A DNA stretch of 64,000 bases from Octopus vulgaris. Taxonomy: Eukaryota. The position numbers and the translations under genes were made by a program. Location: assembly GCA_951406725.2 (NCBI GenBank), contig OX597842.1:24490001-24554000 (forward strand), in the 5' to 3' direction. The notes beneath the pieces were generated by a model, which did not search any database, had not been told where the DNA came from, and was given only the letters and a program-made list of their open reading frames with translations. This document shows positions 53,767 through 64,000 of the stretch, one piece after another (position 1 is the stretch's first letter; the number at the start of each line of letters is the position of its first letter).

Positions 53767-55022
53767 TTCTTTTATTACAGTAGATATTCCATTTGTTTCT
53801 TGTGTCCATTCGAAGCTGTCTATCGCTTTATTATAGAGGTATAACTTGCTACGTATCACTATTTGCTGTTTATTTTGTCAAAATGATTGGCTTTAATAGT
53901 TATCTCTTTTCTCTCTTTTACTTGTTTCAGTCATTTGATTGTGGCCATGCTAGAGCACCACCTTTTAGTCGAGCAAATCGACCCCAGGACTTATTCTTTG
54001 TAAGCCTAGGACTTATTCTATTCGGTCTGTTTTGTCGAACCGCTATGTTATGGGGACGTAAACACACCAGTATCGGTTGTCCAGCGATGTTAGGGTGACA
54101 AACACAGGCACATAAACACACACACACAAACATACATATACACATATATACGACGGGCTTCTTTCCATGCTTCCTGAGATTCGCCAACACTACACCTGAT
54201 TTTCTCCCCTCCATACACACGCAAACATGTATCTGACTCATACACTGTTCACTTCCCAGACATTTGTACATTGCTGCATATACTTTATACGCACTTTTGA
54301 CAAGTTGTGGTGCACCTGAGCACTGTATACAGTAATTTCATTATTATTATTTTAAAAGTCGTGAACACAACCTAATTTCATTAATAGACCTGTTCAGCCA
54401 GGGTGATTCCGGACTAAACAACAGTGACTTATCACATTTCTGAAGATAGTAGGAAGTTATTGTCCAATATTTTGTAGTTTAACATTTTACATAATATCTG
54501 AAGGCAAAGGAACAAAAGTCTGTGTATAGAGACTAATTATTCGGGTTAAGGTTTATGTAAACAGTTTATTATTATGAAAATGTAGTAATATTTTTTATAG
54601 TTGAATCTCTGCTTTTTAAGTCTTTCCTATATCTTCAACTGTTTCTGTGTCATTTCAGAATATGAGATGTTAGTGCTATAAAGGAGTTTTTACATCAGAT
54701 ACATCATGAATATTGATCATCCTTTGAAGACTAATGGAAGATATTATAAATAATATATATAACCCTGTTTCTATTACAAATCTATGGTGAATAACTGTGA
54801 AATATTTCTTTGGAATTAATACGAACGTTTGTTTTCTTCATTGCCAGTATTTTACATTCTGTTTGAATTTGGAAAAATCTGTGAAGGTCTTTGTATTATC
54901 TTCAGATATTCGAGAAGATCAGATTTGCTGTAAATATAGCAGTAGAAGTATTTGAATCAACAAAGACATTTATAAAGAAGAAAAGAAAAATATATTTTGG
55001 GGTCGTATACTGCAGAAGAATA

Positions 55023-55907
55023 ATGAATCCACCGGAGATGACAAGAGAAAGAGAAAAATTATCAGACCAATGTGATATCTGTAAAAAGACTTTTTCTAAT
55101 ACAGCAAATCTCACTGTTCACAAGTGTATCGATCCAAGTGGAAAGCAATTTCACTGTGATATCTGTGGTAAATCATTCTCTAAGAAAGATAATCTTACTC
55201 ATCACAAATACATTCATACAGGAGAGAAACCATATCAATGTGGTATTTGTGGTAAATCATTCTCTAATAGGAGTAACCTTACTTGTCACAAATACATTCA
55301 TACAGGAGAGAAACCGTATCACTGCGAAATTTGTGGTAAATCATTCTCTCAAAAAGGTAGCCTAACTTGTCACAAATACATTCATACAGGAGAGAAACCA
55401 TATCAATGTGATATTTGTGGTAAATCATTCTCTCAAGGAAGTCAGCTTAAAACTCACAAATACATTCATACAGGAGAGAAACCATATCAGTGTGACATCT
55501 GTGGTAAATCATTCTCTAAGAAAGATCATCTTACTCATCACAAATACATTCATACAGGAGAGAAACTATATCAGTGTGATATCTGTGATAAATCCTTTTC
55601 ATTAAAACGTAATTTAATTACTCACAAACTTACACATACAGGTGAGAAGCCATATCACTGCAATATTTGTGGTAAATCATTCTCTCATAAGAATAGCCTT
55701 ACTTATCACAAATCAATTCATACAGGAGAGAAACCATATCACTGCAATATCTGTGGTAAATCCTTTGTAGTGAGAAGTAATTTAACTGCTCATGAACTTA
55801 CTCACACTAATGAAAGGCCATATCAGTGTGATATCTGTGATAAATCATTCTCTCATAAAAGTAACCTTACTAGACACAAATACATTCATACAGGAGAGAA
55901 ATCATAG
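55023..55907 (+). CDS. C2H2 zinc-finger protein G, ~10 fingers
   Basis: ATG 55023 ([12 protein letters not shown]), first finger atypical, 9 canonical fingers, TAG 55905-55907; more finger units follow the stop. Confidence 0.88.
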   Translation: MNPPEMTREREKLSDQCDICKKTFSNTANLTVHKCIDPSGKQFHCDICGKSFSKKDNLTHHKYIHTGEKPYQCGICGKSFSNRSNLTCHKYIHTGEKPYHCEICGKSFSQKGSLTCHKYIHTGEKPYQCDICGKSFSQGSQLKTHKYIHTGEKPYQCDICGKSFSKKDHLTHHKYIHTGEKLYQCDICDKSFSLKRNLITHKLTHTGEKPYHCNICGKSFSHKNSLTYHKSIHTGEKPYHCNICGKSFVVRSNLTAHELTHTNERPYQCDICDKSFSHKSNLTRHKYIHTGEKS

Positions 55908-56056
55908 CACTGTGATATCTGTGGTAAATCATTCTCTCATAAAAGTAACTTTAATAGACACAAATACATTCATACAGGAGAGAAATCATAGCACTGTGAT
56001 ATCTGCAGTAAATCATTCTGTGTAAGATATTTGATTAATCATAAGTCCACTCATAA

Positions 56057-56209
<153 letters not shown>

Positions 56210-57203
56210 TAGCACTGTAATATCTGCAGTAAATCATTCTGCGTAAGAAAATATTTTTATCACAAATCCAGTTGGATTGGGCAGATATTATATCGCTGTG
56301 ATCATCATCATCGTTTAGCATCCACTTTCCATGCTAGCATGGGTTGGACGGTTCAACTGGGGTGTGGGAAGCCAGAAGGCTGCACCAGGCTCCAGTCTGA
56401 TCTGGCAGTGTTTCTACAGCTGGATGCCCTTCCTAACGCCAACCACTCCGTGAGTGTAGTGGGTGCTTTTTACGTGCCACCGGCAAAGGTGCCAGACGGG
56501 GCTGGCAAACGGCCACATTCGGATGGTTCACTTTTGTGCCACCGGCACTGGTATCACAAGTTCAAATTCCATTGATGTTGATCGATTATGACTTTGATTT
56601 TTGGTTTTGATATCTGTAGTAAATCATTCTCTTAGGATTATGTTGTTTAACTAATTTTAAATGCATTCATACAGGAGAGAAGACATATTGCTGTGTTATC
56701 TGTGCAAAATAATCTTCTTAATGTAATTTAACTAAACCTGTATTTATTGATATTGATCAATAACAATACCAGTGATAAAATGGGGAATAAAATACAGCAA
56801 TTGTATTATTTTCTTTGAGACAAATAAATTTTTTACATTTTCCTCATTTGCATCAACTCATTAATTATGATGTGTGTGGTTTTCAATCAAGCAATTTTAA
56901 TTACATTAATTTGCTGTTTTCTTGTGGATATATTATTCCGACACCATTGTATCACATTCCAGTTCCCAACGATGATCAGTTGTTCTCTGCTGGACATGCT
57001 TAGGCTATCCCACAATCTCCAGCCTATAATCAAATGAACAATATGTGTCCATATCTTGTACTGGGTACACTACATGGAGTTTCTCCTGACATCTTTTCTA
57101 CATGTCGAGCAGGGCCATCTCTCTGACAAGATCTGTCTTTGGTCTTTGCTAAATTTACTGTATAGTTTTTCAATCCAGATCTTGCTTCCATACCTGAAAT
57201 TTG

Positions 57204-57989
57204 GGATCTTTTCCTTTTGAACGGCGCTTTTCAACACAATTTCTAGTTAACTAAACACTTTTAAACTTCGTATACTATTAGAATGTGTTTATAAAACATC
57301 ATTTTTTCTTGGCTTTATTGAGAAAAATCTATAGTTTGTAAGATATTTCGAGCATTTCGGCAATTTTAACCAATCACTGCTCTCCATTTAGGTAAATAAC
57401 ATTCTGTGCATAATGAATATGTCCCTCCTTTAAGAAACAGATTGGGTTTATTTACATTTGTGAAGAAAAAAAGATACCATTCCCCCACCCCTAACCCTAA
57501 ATCTAAAATAGATTGAAATTCAATAGATCGATACTAGGGCCATAATTATGGATGACAATTTCATACGACACCGCTACAGAAAGTGAGATTTTTTTCTAGC
57601 GGTGTCAAATGAGAATCTCACCCATAATTATGGCCCTAGTATCGATCTATTGCATTTCAATCTATTTTAGATTTAGGGTGAGAGTTAGTGTTAGGAGTGT
57701 GGGAAGGGTATCTTTTTTTCTTCACAAATGTAAATAAACCCAATCTGTTTCTTAAAGGAGGGACATATTCATACAGCACGGAATGTTTACCTAAATGGAC
57801 TCCAGCGATTGGTTAAAATTACCAAAATACTCGAATTTTCAGACGAAATATCTTACAAACTATAGAATTTTCTCAATAAAGCCAAGAAAAATGATGTTTT
57901 ATAAACACATTCTTCCAGTATACGAAGTTTAAAAGTGTTTAGTTAACTAGAAATTATGTTACAAAGTGCCGTTCAAAAGGAAAAGATCC
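57204..57989. mobile_element. Foldback MITE (GGATCTTTTCC TIR family), full copy with 8-bp target duplication
   Basis: ~390-bp inverted arms, GG...CC ends, GAAATTTG at 57196-57203 and 57990-57997; empty site in the paralogous sequence at ~5057-5066. Confidence 0.92.
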
Positions 57990-59363
57990 GAAATTTGTTC
58001 TCTAATTGTGGTAGGGATTCAGCAATAATAACAAGGTCATCAGCTTGGAAGAGATCCCAAGGGCAGCCAATCTTAAATTCCTCTGTTATTGCTTGCAGGA
58101 CTATGATAAACAAGAGTGGGGTGAAAAACGATCCTTGGTGGACTCCTATTTTGACACTAAAATTCATGCTATACTCATTGGTGACATTTACCTTACTGAC
58201 AGCATCCCTATACATGGCTTTTGCATGTCTCACCAACCACTCATCTCTCCCTAGCTTCTCTATTGCTCACCAAATAATGGAGTAGGGGACTCTGTCAAAA
58301 GCTTTCTCCATGTCAACAAAATCCAAATGCAAAGATATATCTTTGACCAAGTACTTCTGCTTTTGCCTCACCAGGAAGATAGCATTGCTGGTGCTTCTAC
58401 TTGATACAATTGTACACCTTGATCCATAGAACTTATATTGATATTTGAGGAGACCTATTGAGTCAAGTACATTAACATCAAAAAATCAATTGAAATTGTA
58501 GTTGTGATACCTGTGCAGGTGGCAAGTAAAAAGCACCATCCGAACATGGCTGATGCCAGCACCACCTTGACTGGCTTCCATGCTGGTAAAAAGCACCAAC
58601 CGATCATAGCTGTTGCCAGCCTCACCTGGCACTTGTGCTGGTGGCATGTAAAATGCACCCACTACACTCACGGAGTGGTTGGCATTAGGAAGGAATTTAA
58701 GATTGGCTGCCCTTGGGATCTCTTCCAAACTGATGACCTTGTTCTTATTGCTAAATCCCTACCACAATTAGAGAACAAATTTCAGGTTTGGAAGCAAGAT
58801 CTGGATTGAAAGACCATACAGTAAATTTAGCAAAGACCAAAGACAGATCCTGTCAGGGAGATGGCCCTGCTCGGCATAGAGAAAAGGGCAGCCAGCTGTA
58901 GAAACACTGCCAGATCAGACTGGAGCCTGGTAAAGCGATCTGGCTTCCCAGACCCCTGTCAAACAGTCCAACCCATGCCATCAAGGTAAGCAGACATTAA
59001 ACGATGATGATGATGCAGAACCGTTAGCAGGCCGGGCGAAATGCTTAGCGGTATTTCGTCTATATATATATGTATATATGTAGCTATATCAAACTCCATT
59101 CTTCACCAAGTGCCACATATTGGAGGAGGTTCTTCGTAATAACAGTGTAGCACAAAACGGCAGTGCATCAGCATGGCCACAGCTCTGAGCTGAAACAAGA
59201 AGAAAAAAAAGTTGGTACCAAACAGATAATCAACATTTTTAATGATGAAGACATTCTCCTTGCATGCTTTCAATTGAAACGTGACATATCCCCACATTTC
59301 GCCTATGAAATTTAATTTGTCACCCGTCATGCTACGAAGAAATTTTGCTGTTTTTCTCAACAT

Positions 59364-60434
59364 AGGCGTAGGAGTGGCTGTGTGGTAAGTAGCTTACTTA
59401 TGAACCATAAGTTTCCAGGTTCAGTCTCACTACGTGGCACATTGGTCAAGTGTCTTCTACTATAGCCTCGGGCCGACCAAAGCCTTGAGTGGATTTGGTA
59501 GACGGAAACTGAAAGAAGCCCGTCGTGTATATATATATATGTATATATATATATATGCGTGTGTGTGTCTGTGTTTGTCCCCCTAGCATTGCATGACAAC
59601 CGATGCTGGTGTGTTTATGTCCCTGTTACTTAGCAGTTCGGCAAAAGAGACCAATAGAATAAGTACTGGGTTTACAAAAGAATAAGTCCTGGGGTCAAGT
59701 TGCTCGATTAAAGGCGGTGCTCCAGCATGGCCGTGGTCAGATGACTGAAACAATAAAAGAGTAAAGAGTATAGGCGCAGGAGTGGCTGTGTGGTATGTAG
59801 CTTGCTTATGAACCATAAGGTTCCGGGTTCAGTCCCACTACGTGGCACATTGGTCAAATGTCTTCTACTATAGCCTCGGGCCGACCAAAGCCTTGTGAGT
59901 GGATTTGGTAGACGGAAACTGAAAGAAGCCCGTCGTGTATATATATATATATATATATGCGTGTGTTTGTCCCCCTACCATTGCATGACAACCGATGCTG
60001 GTGTGTTTATGTCCCTGTTACTTAGCAGTTCGGCAAAAGAGACCAATAGAATAAGTACTGGGTTTACAAAAGAATAAGTCCTGGGGTCGAGTTGCTCGAT
60101 TAAAGGCGGTGCTCCAGCATGGCCATGGTCAGATGACTGAAACGGGTAAAGAGTATAGGCGCAGGAGTGGCTGTGTGGTATGTAGCTTGCTTCTGAACCA
60201 TAAGGTTCCGGGTTCAGTCCCACTACGTGGCACATTGGTCAAGTGTCTTCTACTATAGCACCGGGCCGACCAAAGCCTTGTGAGTGGATTTGGTAGACGG
60301 AAACTGAAAGAAGCCCATCATATATATGTGTGTGTATAAGTTTGTGTCTGTGTTTCTCCCCCCAACATCGCTTGACGACCAATACTGGTGTGTTTACGTC
60401 CCCATAACATAGCGCTTCAGCATAAGTGACCGAT
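59364..60434 (+). mobile_element. Three head-to-tail copies of the same SINE (third truncated)
   Basis: Heads at ~59364, ~59773, ~60158. Confidence 0.88.
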
Positions 60435-61136
60435 AAATATGTTCTGGTGTTGCTTTGTTAAATGAAACCTACGAGCTGATACTTCAGCCTGGTCGCAGTA
60501 TAATTATACAGAATTTAAATGAAACACACATATACGCACACGTTTCTGTGTACTTAAACATGTGCTTGTGTAGTTACGTATGTACGTACTTATCTGAATA
60601 CGTACATAAGGAAAGGAAAAGTTCTTCAGTTCTATATTTAAGAGATGAGGAATTATGTACATTATTTACATTTGACGGATAAGTGTTCGATTCCAGGCAG
60701 TGACCTGGATAATAATAAGAAGAAGAATGTAAATAATTCCTCACCTCTTAAATATAGAACTGAAGAACTTTTCCTTTCCATATTTCTTCATGTCCTACAG
60801 TTATTCGGCGCCCCCTCTGATGTTGGTAGTAAGAGACAAACACCTTATACACACTGCAACGTTGTTAGCGCTAGGGAGGGCATCAAGCTATGGAGACCAT
60901 ACCAAAGTTGACCAGGAATATGAGGGAAGGGAGAAAGTAGGAAGGAAAGATGGATGGATGGACGTGTACGTGTCTAGAGAAGTACGTACATACATAAATA
61001 CACAAGCACATGTTTAAGTACACAGATATATGTGCGTATATGTGTGTTTCATTTAAATTCTGTATAATTATACTGCGACCAGGCTGAAGTATCAGCTCGT
61101 AGGATTCATTTAACAAAGCAACACCAGAACATATTT
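60435..61136. mobile_element. Long-TIR foldback element
   Basis: ~150-bp inverted arms (60435-60590 vs 60980-61136) plus an inner inverted pair 60615-60655 / 60733-60773; no target duplication seen. Confidence 0.8.
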
Positions 61137-61167
61137 TTAATTTGGTAGTTATACTGTTGCACATATA

Positions 61168-63980
61168 ATAAATATGGATACATGGAAGAAAATAGGGAAA
61201 CCTATCTATTTTACATGTTTCAGGCATTTGACAGTGGCCATGCTGGAGCACCGCCTTTATTTGAGAAATAGACCCAGGACTTATTGTTTGTAAGCCTAGT
61301 ACTTATTCTATCGGTCACTTTTGCTGAACCGCTAAGTTATGGTGGACGTAAACACACCAGCATCAATTGCCAAGCGATGTTTGGGGGATAAACATATACA
61401 CACACACACATATATACAATGGACTTCTTTCAGTTTCTGTCTACCAAATCCACTCACAAGGCTTTGGTCGGCCCGAGGCTATAGTAGAAGACACTTGTCC
61501 AAAGTGCCACACACTGAGACTGAACCTGGGACCATGTGGTTTGTAAGCAAGCTACTTACCACACAGCCACTCCTACGCCTATATGTACACATTACACAAG
61601 ATATTGTTTGCTTATTTCTCTGTTGTCTGTATTAAAGAAATATTTTCAAATTATTTCACTTTAATAGAATTTATTATTTCTTTAGCTTGTATTAAATAAT
61701 TTTGACCTCATAACCCATTAAAATAATTGCATTATCTTTTTAACTTATCTCTCTGCTTTTATGTATTATGTTGGGTGTGTAGGCATGTATAAATATATAT
61801 ATAGAGAGAGATTTTAAAAGTGTCCCATATATATGATTTTCTAATTTGGCAACCCTATCCAAACGTGTCCCTTATGAGCTTATACAATTGATGATACAGC
61901 ATAGAATTCACACTCGATCAATGTATGATAAAAGTTACACATTTCTCCAAACTGATCTACAATAAATGTTTGTTTTGAAGTTATATAATTTGTTGATATT
62001 ATTTAATATACAAAATACTTGGTGTTAGATGCTAAGATACAGTGATGAGAGATAAACGAAGGGATAAGTTCGTTCATTAAATGCTAATGATGGTGGTTAT
62101 CTAGTGAATATGCGATGGAGCCATTGAGTAGATGGTAACCATGTGAGAGAAGGAGTGTGAAGGAAATATATTTCCCAGTCACTGATGAAATGTTAAAATA
62201 AGACAATGGTAGGAAATTCTCAAGAGAGCTGAACAGCGGAAGGTCTTCGGAGAGGAAACCCTACTCAGGCAAGATCCAGAGGTCATGCGTTGACATATAA
62301 GGTTAATTGAAGGAAAAGCTTGTAACATCAGATGAACATATTTTGGAACCACATCTCAAAGCAAAATAAGGCGAACACATGCACTTGCGGGTGTGTATAT
62401 GCGTGACCTGAGTCAATGCATGTCTAGGAGTCAGGAGTCAACGCAAGGGTGACACAAAATTAGAATGCTCTGACTGCTATGTCATCTGGAAGTTTATAGG
62501 AAGCTTCTAAAGTATTTATGAAGGTCGAGGGAGATTACTCTCATTAAATCCCATTTTAATTTTGCTTTCCTGTCTGACCGCCAGGGGTCACTCAGGTTTT
62601 AGTGAGCTGGCAGAAACGTTAGCACGCTGGGCGAAATGCGTAGCCATATTTCGTCTGCCGTAATCTTCTGAGTTCAAATTCCGCTGAGGTCGACTTTGCC
62701 TTTCATCCTTTCGGGGTCAATATAACGAACTTAGCTTGTGCGTCTGTCCTCTCTGTGTTTAGCCCCTTGTGGGTAATAAAGAAATAAGTTATACAAGATT
62801 CCCTTGATTGTGTCGAGAATGATGAAAATTTGTGTGGGCCTCTGAGCAGGTATTGCCTCTGTTTGGCAAAATCTGATGCAGATTCTCCGCTAAACTTTCT
62901 ATCATGCTCAATGTGACAATCACACGCTACACACCTTCCTTCCAAGCATTGCTGCAAACAGCAGAAGAGAGCTAGAATGTTAACACTTAGTGTGAATGCA
63001 CAGCAGAGTTTGGAGTCAATCTTTCCCAAGTGGCTTCACTCTGTGTATCTTAGCTTCGTTGCTATAGCAACAGTCTGCATATATGTACGTATACATGTAT
63101 GCCATTGTTCAGTTTTATTTCAAAATTTCTTGCCAACAGAGAAAGAGCCAATTTGTAACCTAAATCCAAGGATCCTTCATTGGAATTTCACCATCAACAA
63201 CAGAGTATGTAGGTCTTTTCGGTTTGAACGGCAGGTTTTAACATAATTTCTAGGTAACTAAACACTTTTAAACTTCGTATACTGGTAGAATGTGTTTATA
63301 AAACATCTTTATCTCTTGGCTCTATTGAGAAAATTCTACAGTTTGTAAGATATTTGTTGCTTTTTTTCTTCAATTTCAACCAATCAATGACGTTTATTGA
63401 GGTGAAAACATTCTGTGCCGTATGAATATGTCCCTCGTTTAAGAAACAGATTGGGCTTATTTACATTTGTGAAGAAAAAAAGATACCCTTCCCCACCACC
63501 ACTAAACCCTAAAAGAGATTGAAATGCAATAGATCGATACTAGGGTCATAATTATGGGTGACAATTTCATATGACACCACTAGAAAAACTGCCGTTCAAA
63601 CCGAAAAGATACAATACATTTCTAAATATCTCAGAGATTTATGCAGTAGTGGTACGATAAAGATACCCTTCCCCCACCCTAACCCTAAAATAGATTGAAA
63701 TGCAAAGATCGATATTGATCTTTGCATTTCAATCTATTTCAGGGTTAGGGGTGGGGGAGGGTATCCGTTTTTCTTTGCAAATGTGAATAAACCCACTCTG
63801 TTTCTTAAACGAGGGACATATTCATACAGCACGGTATGTTTTGACTCCAAATGGACGTCTTTGATTGGTTAAAATTACAGAGATGCTCGATTTTAAAGTG
63901 GGAATATGTTACAAACTATAGAATTTTCTCAATAAAGCCAAGAAAAAATGATGTTTTATAAACACATTCTACCAGTATAC
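61168..63980. repeat. Inverted segmental duplicate of ~40900-44048; also 1-1513 is an inverted duplicate of 43635-44753
   Basis: Mirror ORFs 41745-42020 (-) / 62977-63246 (+) and 41968 (+) / 63029 (-); continuous reverse-complement similarity. Confidence 0.9.
62602..62790 (+). mobile_element. tRNA-derived SINE with Deu/Nin-like core (other copies 3488-3697 and 42211-42575 on the minus strand)
   Basis: Head gagctggcagaaacgttagc, B box gagttcaaattc, core gcctttcatcctttcggggtc, tail gccccttgtgggtaataaagaaata. Confidence 0.75.
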
Positions 63981-64000
63981 ACGAAGTTTAACCCATTAGT

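Noticed and set aside
59364-59440. tRNA-like A/B boxes
   Set aside because: SINE heads; no complete cloverleaf, so no tRNA gene is called.

Overview
AT-rich animal genomic DNA, most likely Octopus (inferred from the repeat families and the gene family, not from a search). The window is a cluster of seven tandem C2H2 zinc-finger paralogues (A 7749-6279 -, B 12981-11845 -, C 18397-19701 +, D 31986-33541 +, E 37466-39105 +, F 46981-46011 -, G 55023-55907 +) plus a relic of an eighth. They lack a recognisable effector domain. Each appears to have a short non-coding exon 1, an intron and one coding exon. The cluster was built by inverted and direct segmental duplications (head-to-head pairs B/C and F/G; A is an inverted copy of G). 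Between the genes lie a near-complete decayed Helitron (23023-29151), a composite non-autonomous Helitron carrying a mariner fragment, a second Helitron relic, a Merlin transposase relic, several GG...CC MITE families with 8-bp target duplications, Tc1/mariner-type MITEs, RTE/CR1 LINE fragments, three SINE-like families and a Gypsy relic. The most unusual items are: an intact ORF1(gag)-only retroelement with an A-ORF-B-A-B repeat layout whose 3' tail is shared with a SINE; a Merlin-flanked inversion with exchanged target duplications; a Helitron inserted in the putative first exon of a ZNF gene; and a TAG codon at the same linker-Tyr position ending every ZNF array. All family assignments come from motif recognition by eye; coordinates of degenerate repeats are approximate.
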